64,000 bases of DNA from positions 57,040,001 through 57,104,000 of the forward strand of contig NC_086111.1 in assembly GCF_963921235.1 (NCBI RefSeq). The letters run 5' to 3'. Made by a program: the position numbers and the translations under genes. The number at the start of each line of letters is the position of its first letter. Position 1 is the stretch's first letter. This stretch comes from Mobula hypostoma (lineage: Eukaryota). Shown piece after piece: positions 49,913 through 63,764 of the stretch. The notes beneath the pieces were generated by a model. That model made no database searches. It saw only the letters and a program-made list of their open reading frames with translations, and was not told the DNA's origin.

Positions 49913-50561
49913 AAGAGGTATTAAGATTATAAGGGGTATGGACAGGGTGAAAGCATATAGTACCCTCTCCCTGTGGGAAAATACTAAAAACAAGAGATGA
50001 TAGATTTAAGAGGAGAGGCAAGGGATTTAGGAGGGACATCAAGTGCGGCTTCTTCATGCAAACTCTAATGGTTACTTGTAACAAGCTGCCAGAAGTAGTG
50101 GTTAAGGTGGGCATGTTAGCAATATTCAAAAAACATCTAGGTAAGTACACGGATAGAAGAGGTTTAGAGGGCTAAGGGGGAAACGTCGGTGGACAAATGG
50201 GATCAATTCATTGGGTAATGCAGTCACCATTGATGAGTTGGGCCAAAGGGCCAGTTTTCATGCTGTATGTCTCTACATTGACACTTGTTCAGTTCTATCC
50301 CTTAAACTAGTAATCAATTAGAGGACATGCCCTCTGCTTCATAAGTAATAATCTCTGAAATTCCCTCGCTGGGTCTCTCCATCTTCCTGCTCTCCTCATT
50401 TTTATGACATTCGTTATAACCTACTTGTATGGCCAAGCACCTTCCCTTTGTGACTGAACATCAAACACTGTTTGCTAACACTGCTGGAGTACACACAACA
50501 CTAAAGAAATGGGCTTCGCATAGGTACAATGTCGATATTCAATTAATGGAATATTTCTTAC

Positions 50562-50682
50562 CACCTCGGAAACCACGTCCAACTTGACCTCCAACATGAG
50601 CTCCCCTCATCTGACCTTTTGCACCTGGTGGTCATGGCAAAAATCGCTGAAGTGGGAGTAGTTTCGCTGGATCAATATAAAG
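50562..50682 (-). other. Candidate 121-bp host exon
   Basis: Minus strand TTTTCTTCCCGCTTCCAG| ... GTG|GTAAGA in non-repetitive, CpG-retaining sequence; no frame open throughout; contains GCCATGA. Confidence 0.3.
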
Positions 50683-50989
50683 CTGGAAGCGGGAAGAAAA
50701 TGGAAATAAATCCAAGCATACTCGACTCAGGTAGCTCACGTAAGAAAATACATTCATTGTGCTCCAAGAAAAAGATGGATTAACAACCTTGCAGCTATTC
50801 TTATGTGCATGACTGTAAAATGTATAAACTGGGCTTGCTATTTGCATGCTACTGTGTGACTTTCTCAAAGAGGGATTTTGTCTCCAAGCCACGTCTGTCA
50901 AATAGTCCATTGTTTGATTGCATTCATTGGTGAAGAAGTTTGAAAGAGATAGAGAGTTTAGTAACATAGTGTCCTAAGAATAACCTTTC

Positions 50990-51585
50990 CCTCAGTGGCC
51001 TCAAAACAAAAGAGCTGGTCATTGACTTTAGGAAGGGTGGGAGCAGTGTACATGCCGCTGTCTACACTGACAGTGTTGAGGTTGAGGGGGTAGAAAGCTT
51101 CAAGTTCCTGGGACTAAACATCACCAATAGCCCATCTTGATGTCACCACATCACAGCTAAGAAAACTCACCAGCGCCTCTGGAGGCTAAAGAAATTTGGC
51201 AGGTCCAAAAGACCCTGACCAATTTTTATAGATACACTATAGAAAGCATTCAGTGTGGATGCATAACAGCATAAGAAACAGCAGAGAGTTGTGGATGCGG
51301 TTCAGCAAATCGCTGAAACCAGCCTCCCTATCGACTGCCTGGACTTCTCGCTGCCTCAGTAAAGTAGCCAGCATAACCAAAGATACCACCCATCCTGGAC
51401 GTTTGCCCTATACCCAATCAGCCAGAAAATACAAAAATTACAAAAGCACATGCCACCAGGCTCAAGGACAATTTCTATCTGCTGTTATCAGATTCTTGAA
51501 CAGACCTCTTGCATAATGGACATTTGACCTTACAAGCTACCTTGTTATGATTTGTTCATCTGCACTGCATTTTCTTTGTAGCTTT
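50990..51585 (+). mobile_element. Rex1/Babar-like LINE 3' fragment (tail continues ~51960-52080)
   Basis: KTKELVIDFRK; VEGVESFKFLG.NI; RLKKFG...LTNFYR.TIESI. Confidence 0.85.
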
Positions 51586-51589
51586 ACAT

Positions 51590-51960
51590 AAAAAAATATG
51601 AAAGGGATAAATAAGATAGAGGCAGGAAGGTTGTTTCCACCAGTAGGTGAGACTAGAGATAGGGGGCATAGCCTCAAGATTTGGGGGAGTAGATTTAGGA
51701 CAGAGATGAGGAAGAACTGCTTTTCCCATTGAGTGGTGAATCTGTGAAATTCACTGCCCAATGAAGTAGTGGAAGCTACCTCAGTAAATATATTTAACAC
51801 AATGTTGGATAGATTTTGCATAGTAGAGGAATTAAGGGTTATGGGGACAAGGTAGGTAGGTGGAGATGAGTCCATGGCCAGATCAGCCATGATCTTATTA
51901 AATGGTGGAGCATGTTCGATGGGCCAGGTGGCCGACTCCTGCCCCTGTTTCTTAATGTTC
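51590..51960 (+). mobile_element. CR1 3' end nested in Rex/Babar tail
   Basis: LFPPVGETRDRGHSLKI.G.RFRTEMRKNCF...VVNL. Confidence 0.9.
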
Positions 51961-52139
51961 TTTACACTTTATTCTGTATTGTTATTGTTTTTCCTCAATT
52001 CACTGTGTAATGATTTGAGCTGTATCAACAGTATGCAAGTCAAGCTTTTCACTGTACTTCAGTGCAGGTGGGAATAGTAAATGAGTACCATTTCCTTTTT
52101 CTTCTTGACTAAATTCACCACTTCTTTTCAACATCCAAG

Positions 52140-53640
52140 GTTCCCTTATCTTGTCCTCCTTGTCCTTCCTTTTTACTGGAACTTACCTAGCTTGTACTCC
52201 GTGCAATTTGCTCCAGAGGTCAGAAGTTGATTTGCCCCAAAACTGCTCTTTTCAATTAACCCTTCCTAGTATCTTGTGATTCACCCTGTACAATTTACTC
52301 TCCTGCAAGGTCCATACGTATCCTTATGTACAGCTATCTTAAAACATATGGATTTGTGGTCACCGTTCCCCAAATATTCTCCCACTGAAAGGGCAGTAGG
52401 CTCATTTCTAACCACTAGATCCAATATGGATCTTACATACTAATTTAAGAAACTCCTGGATGCACCTATCAAATTCTGCTCCAACTAAACATCTTGCACT
52501 AAGGAGGTCCCAGTCAACAGAAGTTTAGATTTAGATTTAGACGATGGAATAGATAGCTTTGTTGCCAAGTTTGCAGATGATACAAAGATTGGTGGAGGGG
52601 CAGCTAGTATTGAGGAAACAGATAGGACTTAGACAGATTAGGAGAATGGGCAAGAAAGTGGCAAACGAAATACAATGTTGGAAAATGCATGGTCATGCAC
52701 TTTGGTAGTAGAAATAAATGTGCGGACTATTTTCTAAATGGGGAGAAAATCCAAAAATCTGAGATGCAAAGGGACTTGGGAGTCCTTGTGCAGAGCACCC
52801 TAAAGATTAACTTGCAGGTTGATTCAGTGGTGAGGAAGGCAAATGCCATGTAGGCATTCATTTCAAGAGGTCTAGAATACAAGAGCAAGGATGTGATGCT
52901 GAGGCTTTATAAGGCACTGGTGAGGCTTCACCTTGAGTATTGTGAACAGTTTTGGGCCCCTCATCTTAGAAAAGATGTATTGTCATTGGAGAGGGTCCAG
53001 AGGAGGTTCACGAGAATGATTCTAGGAATGAAAGGGTTATCATACGAAGAACGTTTGATGGCTCTGGATCTGTACTCATTGGAATTCAGAAGGATGAGTG
53101 GGGATCTCATTGAAACCTTTCGAATATTGAAAGGCCTTGACAAGGTAGATGTGGAAAGGATGTTAGAAGAGTCTAGGACAAGAGGGCATAGCTTCAGGAT
53201 AGAGGGGCGCCCTTTCAAAACAGAGATGTGGAGAAATTTCTTTAACCAAAGGGTGGTGAATTTGTGGAATTTGTTGCCACATGCAGCTGTGGAGGCCAGG
53301 TTGCTGGGTGTATTTAAGGCAGAGATTGATAGGTTCCTGATTGGACATGGCATCAAAGGTTACGGGGAGAAGGCCTGGAACTGGGGTTGAGGAGGACAGA
53401 AGAAAAGGAGAGAGAAAAAGAATTAGCAATGATTGAATAGTGGAGCAGACTCAATGGGCCAGATGGCCCAATTCTGCTCCTATGTCTTATGGTCTAAGTT
53501 GAAGACAACCATGATAACAACCCTATTCTTTGTACACCTTTTCCTAAATCTGCCTACATATCTGTCCTTCAATGTCTTGGTGGTTGGGGGGGGGGGTGGA
53601 ATTCCATAGTATAACCCCATCAGTGTCAGCTCACAGGCGA
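52140..53640 (-). mobile_element. Decayed CR1 endonuclease region split by a younger CR1 (pieces 52140-52520 and 53496-53640)
   Basis: Reverse strand DWDLLSARCLVGAEFDRCIQEFL; NRVVIMVVFN on the other side. Confidence 0.65.
52540..53495 (+). mobile_element. CR1 LINE 3' ~950 bp
   Basis: VAKFADDTKIGG; ORF 52893-53390 LYKALVRLHLEYCEQFW...; CTTATGGTCT tail. Confidence 0.95.
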
Positions 53641-54299
53641 TCCTCATTTTTCAAAAATTATGCAACTTATCACATGGCAGTAGCTTGGAGAGCTTGAATA
53701 TTATACAGTATAATTTCTATTCAATGTTATAAACTGACAAAGTTTTAATTAATAATCTTGTTAAAGGGCTTAAAGGAAGAGAAAAACAATAATAACATAA
53801 TGAATTTTATAAGACAAAGTTATTTTGTTCAATCAAAAACCAGATTTTAAAATCTAAACAAGCAAATTGTGGAAACACAAAGCACAAACTGGCTCCAGTA
53901 TACAAATAAACTACATAAAAAGGTATGACAGTGGAGAAGGAATGGTCAACAACAGTACATGTGGGACACTTGGGGACTAAATGCTTCCAGTCAATCAAGT
54001 GGTCTGTGACTACTTGTACAGAATTATGTGGGTCAGTAACCGCTTTCCTGAAAGCTGTCATGATTTTACACCTTTATCATACTGTTTGACAGTAATAATG
54101 AAGTGGAAAGTTGCTTATTGAGGATGCTGCCCAGCTTCCGCAGGCTTTGGCATTATCATCCCATTGACTTCAATGGAAATAAAAGCAGGGTACCATCCAT
54201 TTTGTGCTGCAGTTCAGAATCAAAATTTATCCTCAATTTCTCATCAATTTTCCTTCCTGTCTGCTGGAATCTGCTATCTTTTACCTGCTATTATAAGAC

Positions 54300-54790
54300 C
54301 AGAAGCGATAGGTGAAAATTTAGGCCATTCAGCCCATTGAGTTTCTCTAACATTTCATCATAGCTGATTCTTTCTCTGTCTCAACCCCATTCTCCCTGTA
54401 ACCTGACTAATCAAGAACGTATCAACCACAGTCTTAAGTACACTCAAGCCTCTGGTCTCCACAACTGCTCGTGGCAATAAATTTCATAGATTCATCACCC
54501 TCCGGCTAAAGCAGGTGTTCTCAATCTGGGGACCAGGGACCTCTTGGATAAAGGTAGGGGTCCATGACATAACAAAGATTAGGAACCCCTGAGCTAAAGG
54601 AATTCCTCCTCATCTCCATTGTAAGTGGATGTCCCTCTATTCTGCGGCTGTGCCCTCTGGTCCTAGTCTCCCCCACTATTGGAAACATCCTCACCACATC
54701 CACCCTGTCTAGGCCTTTTAACATTTGATCGGAGCTCCCATGTCGGTCTTCTAAATTCCAGCGAGTACGGGCCCAGAGCCATCAAAAGCT
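54300..54790 (-). mobile_element. CR1 3' fragment with nested MITE
   Basis: LKGLDRVDVVRMFPIVGETRTRGHS. Confidence 0.9.
54512..54591. mobile_element. 80-bp hAT MITE (same family as 19938-20017)
   Basis: TIRs CAGGTGTTCTCAATCT / AGATTAGGAACCCCTG; 8-bp TSD GGCTAAAG/AGCTAAAG. Confidence 0.9.
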
Positions 54791-55914
54791 ACATATTTTT
54801 GTCCATCTGATTTCGGAACATCTGAGTTTTAAAAGGAGCACTGAGCTAATATTTTTTCTCTAGCTTCAGATCAGTTGGGGGCTGATAACTTGCTACACAG
54901 AAGGTACTAAAAGTAAAGTGTCCTGATGTGTTTCTGGCTCTCATGAATTCCTGAAAACTCTGGAAAGTGAAAAGTGGAAGTGTTCATGGTCATTTACGCT
55001 GGTTATTTGAAATATAAATATTTATTTACTATTTAAGTACTATTTAAAATACATTAAATACTGCTGGTAAGAGCTAATGTGTGTTCCAAACATGTAGTCA
55101 TTCACTTGACAGGTACATAGATAGGAAAGGCAACCAGGCAAATGTAGTTGGCATAGACAGGCCTCACCATCAGCATGTAGTGGCCCATTTCAGTGCTCTG
55201 TTTGCTATGATTCTATGTCTTTTATTGTTAGTATGGGCAATGGGTTTGCAGAATTGGAGATGTAGATAGTTACAATAATGCAGTTTAGGGAGAAAGAAAC
55301 TATGACTTTAATAGAAACCTGAGACCAAGGATGTATAATGAACTCTGGTCATTTCTAATAGTGTAACATTTCCATTGTGTTCTCTGACGGAAGATTCTAT
55401 AGATCATGTGAACTCAATTTTTAAAACAAGTATTGTGTAGCTCATTCTGCGGAATGTTAATAATTAATTTCTTGTGAATGGGAAGAGCAGCCAAATCATT
55501 GTGGGTGGGTGGTTCTTGGAAATTTGCATCATTCGCTGTAAAAAAAAAGTCACCTCATAGTCAGCAACTACATTTACCGGGTCTTCACTGGGAGTTCACA
55601 TACTTGGAAAATCAGAATGAAGAAAGGCAAATATGGTGGAGTTAAAAGATAGGAAAAATATTGAAGATTGGCTTTATTTGTCACACGTACGTCGAGACAT
55701 ACTGTGAAATGTGTCGTTTGCACCAAGTCAAGTCAACTCAGTGAGGATTATGCTGGAGGCAGTGTGTAAGTGTCATGCAGCAGGTGCCAACACGACATGC
55801 CCTGTAACTCACTATATCTCCGTAACTCCACTTTTGCATTATATTTTGTGCAGAAACCATAGTGCCTCTCAGCGGCACATGGCTGTTGCCGAAAATAAGC
55901 ATGATACAAGTCAC

Positions 55915-56170
55915 AGAGTTCAAAGGTCAAAGTAAATTAATCAAAGTACATATATGTCACCATGTGCAACCACGTGCCAGGTTTGTTTTCTTGTGGACAT
56001 ACTCAATAAATCCTTAGGAAAATAACCCTAGCAGAATCAATGAAAGTACACCAGCTTGGGCATTCAACTAGTGTGCAAAAGACAACAAACTGTGTAAACG
56101 CAAAAAGAAAGAAATAATAATGAATAAATAAGAAATAAATGTTGAGAACATGAGATGAAGAGATTTGAAT
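55915..56170 (-). mobile_element. Rex/Babar-like 3' tail
   Basis: Similar to 32860-33065. Confidence 0.65.
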
Positions 56171-56379
56171 GACAAAGTGAAACCTGTCAGTAAATTCCAT
56201 GAGCAATATGAATCCTGAAATTGACTCTAAGGATAAAGAAAGTAACTTTGTACCAAACCTACAGTGATTGCATATACTGCATATATAAAAGGTAGTTCTA
56301 TTGACTGCATTATTTCAGCACAAAATGAGCAGGGAGGCTGATGTCATGGATCTGTTCAGGGGAAAAACAAGCGAAAATT

Positions 56380-59300
56380 AAGGATTGCTCTACAATGTTG
56401 TTCTGAAGAGCACAAATGTTGAAGGGTATTTCAGCTCTGTCCTTTTGTGCCCAAGAGAGAACAGGCGGAATCTTCTCAACAAAGGGGAACTAATTGAAAT
56501 AGTGAATGTAAATTCTGATGAGATCTCTAAAAGATTCAGTATATATCACAGACAAGATCAAAACACTAACTCAGGGTATGAGTTCTTAGTCTTACGGCAG
56601 AAACCAGGTCGGCCTGTACAAGATTGCTTTATGGGCTTAGAAATGCAAACTCAAGGAAAGGAGCAAAATAGTATAGTAGTTGGACATGGAGTCAATCAGG
56701 AAGGACATGCAATGGATAAAGCCAGAAATCAAGGAACGGTATAATAACTGATGAAGATGATAAATAGCCAGCTTTCAGATCAGTTCTGAGAAAGGAAGCA
56801 GTGTTGACAAGGAAAATGAAAACCAGACCAAAAGAAAGCTATGGATTGGCACATGAATCCACAGGAAAAAATAACACCGCCTCACCTACAAACTAAGCGG
56901 CAGATTGGTGTAGGTAGGTGTGCAAATCTGAAGTGAAAATACGTCAAGGAAATCGCAAAGGAAGAATAAAAGGAAAAGGAGGTGAAGAAATAAAATCAGA
57001 AGATGACACAGAATTTGTGGGCACAGTAAATACTGAAGTTGTGCGCATGCCTAGAGTAACTGGATGTGACTGTTCCCTGGACCATTCAGATAAAAAAATG
57101 ACCAAAAAATCCATGATCATTAATATAAAGATAAGACTGGATTAGGGAATGTAAGGTAACATTACACCTCTAGCATCTGTCATAATTTCCATCCTCCCCT
57201 TCTCCATATGCCTGTCACCTCTCCTCACCTATTGCTTGCTAGCTTTTGCTTCACCCTTCCCTTCACCTTTCAGTCCAGTTGAAGGGTCTTAACCTGAGAC
57301 ATCAACTGTCCATTTCACTCCATAGATGCTGCCTGACCTGCTGAGTCCCTCCAGCATTATGTTTGTCGTTCCAGATCTGCAGTCTCGTAGGTCTCTACGT
57401 AAAGGACGAATCAAGTTGAAGAAAAAGCTTGAAAAGGAATTTCAATAGGTGGAACAAAACTGGGGCAACAGCCATAATCATTACACTTGATAAATGAGAA
57501 AAATGTACTGCGATGAGAGAGAAACTGAATAAATGGCTTAAAATATTCTGAGACTGAGGAAATCGTTATCAAAAGAGACCACTACCCTGTTTCAGCTCTG
57601 GAAGAAATCATACTGACTTTAGTAATGGCCAAAACTTTCAACAATTTATGCCAGAAACAGGCACTGGCATGCAAAGCTTGATAAGGAATCTTTACTATTG
57701 ACAACATTTAACACTCCATCTGTAAAGTACAAGTTCCAACATAGAGTAAAACAGGATGTATTTCAGCAGAAAGTAGGAGAAACAAAGGATGCAAACGAGC
57801 TGTAGACATAGCACATGACTTCCAGATCTATACAATATATGACAAAGCCCACATCTGTCATTCCCACAAGGCAATGAAAAGACCCAGAAAGGCTGGGCTC
57901 AACTAAATGCTGACAAATGCATCATAATGGAGAAAGCATGCCAGTTCCTTGGAGTGGTATACACACCAGATGAGGCTAAGCTAAGTCCAGAAAAATCAGA
58001 GTGATCTCTGAGTCAAAAACACCCAAGGAGAAGGAGCAGCAAAGAAATTTGAGATTTTTAAAAAAAAATCTACAGATATTGCCAATCTGAATTTAAAACA
58101 GCAAATGCTGGAAACATTCAACGGGTCAGGCACCATCTGTGGAAAGGGAAGCAAGTTGACATTTCAGTTCAAGGATTCCTTGTCTGAAAGTTATTAAGAG
58201 TCTTCAATTGAAATGTTAACAGAAAAGCTTTCTTGGACTGAACTATTTCATTCCTTACACACCACAAAGTATGGCAAACCTAGTAAAACAATGAAAGAAG
58301 ATGCTGAATAGCAGTGGTCACTAACCCCTGAAACGGATTGTAACAAACATGGGAAGGTGGTGCACACCGCACAGAAAAAAAGATATCAACATACCATTTT
58401 ACAGGTAGGTACTTATTTTAAAGACCTGGAGCAGCCACTGCTAAAAATGGTAAACTGTAAGCATTTGCATCTAAGCACACATCATCATACCACTTAGAAA
58501 GAGAGAGTTATTATGTCTATCTCTGTGGAAAGAAATCCCCAGTCGATTGTGATCTCTTCAATAAACCCGTAAGAAAACCCCAAGCACAGCATTAGGAGAC
58601 GGCAAAGGTCAGGGTGATGATTCATTTTGAAATATAAGCAGAATAAGAGATGTTGCTGGTAAATGCATGATCTTATCTGGAACCTTAGGAGAGTCATGAG
58701 ATGCGAGATCCAGCTCGATATAACACCAACAAAACTGAGCAAAATCAGAGGAGACAATGAGCTGCGGATATTTCCCCAGCTACAAACTTGGGTTTTGCTC
58801 AAAAGGATGCCACCAATAAGATGCTATTGGTCAAACACAGATGTTGCTTCAAGAGAAGTCTATGGTTCAAACTAGGTCATTTATTCCAAGATATGAGGAA
58901 GAATTACTAAAGATGTATGAATGCCACATAGACGTTGAGGAAGTTAATGCTGACAGCTAGATCAAAGACAAGTTTATTGTTGTATGTACAAGTAAATGTA
59001 TGCACAGCTACAATGAAAAGCTTACCTGCAAGCAGCATCAGATACATAATAAACACAAGAAAAAAACATAAAAGAACACAATTAGAACAACGGCAAATGA
59101 AGCATGTTGTAGTGGAAAATAGTCATGGTGTTATACTGAGGCAGTGATTAACATTGTGCAGGGTGTCTCAGGAGCTGAATGGTTGAAGGGAAGTAGCTGC
59201 TTTTGAACCTGTTGGTGTGGGACTTCAGGCTGTATGCTGGAATAACATCTACAAAAGTTGAGAGAGAATTGTGTGAGCAAGACATATGTCAGAAATCCGC

Positions 59301-59700
59301 AGTGTAAAGCGATGATGCCTACTGAAGTTTTACCTAGGCCATGGCATACAGAGCAAGCAAATTTGTTCACGTGTAGATTACCATTCGAAGTTTACATTCT
59401 TCCAAAAGCAAAAAACTGACAGGTACAAGAGATACCACAAGAGCTCAAGCTCTAATTACAAAAGAAGGAGTTTCTGAGAAACTGGTGACAGCAGAATCCA
59501 ATCCATCTCTCGGATAGTTACTGAATTTCGAGAATGATACAGATTCCCAAACATGTCTTTGTCCCCATACTGTCCAAGAGGACACAACTTCATGTAAATA
59601 GTACTCATATCAATAGAGAGACAAAAGAAAATCTAGATTTTGAGAGTCATGTCACCTTGCACCTCTTAAGACTAAGATGAAATCATCAAATAAGGTGAAT
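56380..59700 (+). mobile_element. Heavily decayed Gypsy internal region with later insertions
   Basis: LLTTFNTP..KY (~57695), IAHDF.IY (YxDD-like, ~57810), VDYHSK (~59373, integrase-like); no LTRs identified. Confidence 0.55.
57180..57390 (+). mobile_element. Penelope pLTR-derived element
   Basis: CAGTCCAGTTGAAGGGTCTTAACCTGAGACATCAACTG...CCATAGATGCTGCCTGACCTGCTGAG. Confidence 0.8.
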
Positions 59701-61899
59701 TTTAAGTTATTAATATTTCAGCTTATTTGTGTGTTATACACCTGTTTATTTTGTAACTATGTTAGAAAAGCCTATCAATTAGATTTTCTATGGGATGGAG
59801 TGAGCCTTTTGAAGTCATTTGCTTGAGATTTTCTAGACATGTCTTTGAGGAAAACATTGTCTTTCAGCTGTTCCCACTGGCTTTGGCAAGTCCACTGAAT
59901 TTCATTCTAGTGGGTGAAAATAAGCATCCCAAACATCTGTCAGCACTTTATAATCACTTGCTTTTTTCCATTTGTTTCTATGCAAACTTTTGATGATAGA
60001 ATAATTTAATTTATGTAGATACTCTCAACTGGCAGACCCAAGGGAGTTTGTTGTTGTTGAAGATAAATCACTTTCTAATACAGTGGAACATCGGAAGAGA
60101 TTCAGATTAATGGATTATTCAATACATTTTCACTGTTCGTTCTTTTATATCCTCAAAATTCTCAGATTCTGGTTGCTATGCTCTAAATAAAAAACAAGAA
60201 AGCAACACATTATACCTATTATAGCATTATCTCTACTCAATGTTTTTAAATAAAGCTACTGCTGTAATACGTATCGAATTATCAGTGAGTGGGAAGTAAG
60301 ATTAGGGAAGTCATTCTCAATCAAACTATATAATGGCTGAGGTCTTCCAGATTTAAGGGACTGTAAGAGCAGCCAAACAAATGGGTTGCAAGGCAAGGAT
60401 TTCTATTAATTCAGCACCTTTTGTGACCTTGGTAAATCTAAAAGCATTTTAATGTTAACTAATTCTGTACTGCATTGAATTTGCATGCTGTGAGAACCAA
60501 CATAAGCAACGCACCAAATCTGGCTGCTGGTTCCACAAAGATCTGATACTAATGTCCCCTGTGTAGGTCAGCTTGTCCCTGCCTTTGGCATTTCAACATT
60601 GTAAGGTGGACATCAGGGATAGGCATGAGCTCAGATGCCAGACCAGCAGGGTGTCTCCTCCGCTGTAGCCTCAGCACTGAGAACAGTGGTGATGCACTGA
60701 CATGCAGTATTGAAGCACAGATGCTTTCTGCATCTGGCCCCAGCTGTATTGGTAATCCTGCAACATCCCTATTCATGTTGATGGGATCGCTGACTAGGGG
60801 TAAATAGGGGTTGATTTTATTTTGCGTTATCTTAATACTTTAAACAAGTTTCTAGTATATTAGAATATTTTAAATTGCTTAAGATCATTTGCGCTGTCCA
60901 TCAAATATTTCCGATTATCAGCAAAAAATAACATTTCAAAGGGCACTAACAACAGTGGACTGTCAAAAGGCCTTTAAGGTTCTGAGAGTGTGACCTCTGG
61001 ACACTTTGCCTAAGGCCAAGTCATTAATTGTAGGCTGCTGGGCTTGGCAGATGGCCTACCGCCACTGGACCTCCGAGACAATCAATCCATTGGACTCATA
61101 AAATGTAAGTGATCGCCAGACAATATGGGAGGTTGGGCATTCTAAATAGCATCACCCCAATGATATCTGTGATAACAGAGTAAGTCTTCAGCTCCAATAC
61201 CAGCACTAATGCCAGGCTTACCTGGATATATCTGCAGTAGTTTAATTTTCCAGTGCTGGGTAATAGTTAAAGTTGGTGCTCGCATCTTCTGCCTTCTCGC
61301 TGGTTATGGTGCCATTTCACTGCCTCAGTGAACTCTGAGTGATGCCTAATAGGGTAGAACACTCTTCCTATAATAGAGATAAAACCTTGGTTTTGCATTA
61401 CATTTGACCGTGCACCACACCCTCTGCTCAGGTTTCTGCTGTGGTTGGTCCACAAACCTCTATCTAAGAGCCAAGTCTAGCCCCTGCAGTTATGCATACT
61501 TGATAAAAGTTAAAATATTAAGAAATCCAGCATAACTATCAGTAAGCAGATGCCAGGAATCTGAAGTAAGAGCTGCAAACACTCTGCAAGTTAGCCAATG
61601 CCTGTGGTGAAAGAAAATTAAAAGGTTGATGGTGTTTTCTCAGGTGCTGCCTGAAATGCTGAAATACTTCCAGCATTTTTTTTTCAGAGTAATATCAGAT
61701 TTGGAACAATGTTACTTTTAAAACAAGTGAAATCAGAAGTCCAGTACAATACATTTCTGTCCTGTGCCTCTGGTGTACTTTTTAAAGAGAGTACCAGAAA
61801 CAACATTTCAGTCAAACTTTCTCCCAATTATCAAATTTGTCCCTGTGCAGAAATATTTAAATGAGAGTTGGGCTGCTGAGAGACACAAGTAATATCTAA

Positions 61900-63740
61900 T
61901 ATTGTGATATAATTTTTACATTCACTATTCAAATTGCAAAATTAATGGACTGAATTGCTTTCTGTCTGTGACTGTTCCATCTAAAGTTTCATCTCAATTA
62001 TCACAAGAAACAAAGAATATTAGCCATCTTACATGTACCAGATACTTTATCTCTGAATGTTGGGGCATTGAATAAACATGAAATGACTGATAGATTAAGC
62101 TCCAATCCTGGAAGTGCTTGCCCTCACAATTGTACCTGATGATTTTCGTGCAAAGAACAAAATAGTATCGGTACCTTGATATGCATATGTCAGAGTAAAC
62201 ATAAATGAAATAAATTCTCATGCCGCTCCGCAATGTGAATGTACAAACCAACGACCCGATTAACTAGGAAAAGCAGACACTTGATTCCAGTCAGCAGTGA
62301 ATTTACTTCTCCGAAGTGGCAACAAACATTCACTTGTCCTGATAGTAGACTTAAGATACCTAAACCACAAAGAATGAGCATAAAAGGGCAGTTCTGGTGA
62401 AATGCAAACGTTAAGACGGGAACAATGTGGCTAATGAGACACAGGCAAAGTAACAACAGGAAATCTCCAGATCTTGGTAGATGTACTATTGTCACTTGGA
62501 AATGGTATTCAGTAATGACTTTTCTCATTGTATTTGGGAGGATCACATTTTCCTGACATGGAAGATTGACATTCACTGATGCAGAAAACATTTGTTAATT
62601 TAGCATAGAAAATCTTTGGTTGCCCTTTTTAAAGAACTCATTGGATGCTTCTGAGCTGGAAATTGTTCTAAAGTTTCAAAAGGATCTAATGGCATATACT
62701 GGCACTGATGATTAATGGGCAAGGCTTGGAAGACCTATTTTCAGGCTGAAGCTGTAACTTATCTTTCTGCAATGCAGTGGACTTGACCTCCATGCTTGGG
62801 AGCACAAGAAAGTTTCAAATCATCCCTTTCTCTTTGTTGCATTAAAGTCAATTACTTCAACTTTCCAAGAGCTTACAGGGGAAATATTGAAAGCAAAATT
62901 GTGTAAATATTCAAACCCTTTGAAATACATCAGATGAAGCCATTCATGCTGATCTCAAACTAATTGATTACAACACTTCTGCAGGCATTAGCTGGCATGG
63001 AATTTGCAGGAATGGAATACCAACAATTGCGAATGGAATTGAAGGATTTGCAAAGTAAACTTGAAATAAAAGCGTCTATGTGTACAACCCATATGTTTCC
63101 GTGGGATCCTTGTATTCCATTGCTTTGACTGTTATCCAAAATAAATTTATCCAACTTAAAAGGGAAAGAGCCGTAAATAATTTTCTTCTGATTGCAATTT
63201 TCAAAGAAATAGAGGAAATAGTTTTGATCATAGTATATTTGTTAACTTAGTGGGATTAAAGTTCATTTTTACAGTTTATGGCAATTTCTGGTTAATGCAC
63301 AATTTGTATATATAATTTATTTTTTAAAATCTGTTTATATTTTACACAAAGATATGGAAAGTTCTCCAGAGCATTGCCATGTAACTATTGACAGGACGAC
63401 TGTTTTTTTTTATGGCAAATGGTCGGTTACAGTATGTCTAGGTTATGCTGTCAGAAGATTGGCATTCACCTCATTAATAGCTTAATGCAATTTATAATTA
63501 AATGAACATCAGCGCTTTCAGCTGTGTTGCCATGCTTTCTGAAATGGTCAAAAAGGGATGCAGGCAGCTCCTGAGTGGGGCATCATAATCACCTACTGAT
63601 ATGCATTGAATTTAAGATAATTATTTCAAGGAAAGCTAAAATGAATTTGTAATGCCTCACATATTTATCTTGCCAGCTGTAGTAATAGTGTGTCAAAACC
63701 AACTGAAATTACTGACTGTAGTGTAGAAAGAGACAGAACT
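61900..63740. promoter_or_regulatory. TE-poor segment, possible conserved non-coding sequence
   Basis: No recognisable repeat; homeobox-type and E-box (CAGCTG) motifs clustered at 63380-63720. Confidence 0.25.
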
Positions 63741-63764
63741 CATTGTCCGACTGTCCCCACATAG

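Larger units (their letters stand above)
46860..50280 (+). mobile_element. Decayed CR1 3' region interrupted by a hAT element at 47599-49912
   Basis: AFVKVPH...SHGI..WICNW....KQR; QFWSPCYRKD; CR1 resumes at ~49913 (GAGGTATTAAGATTATAAGGGGTATGGACAGG). Confidence 0.82.

Noticed and set aside
62190-62591. 133-aa hydrophobic ORF as a membrane protein exon
   Set aside because: Hydrophobicity is explained by a T-rich strand; no family motif recognised
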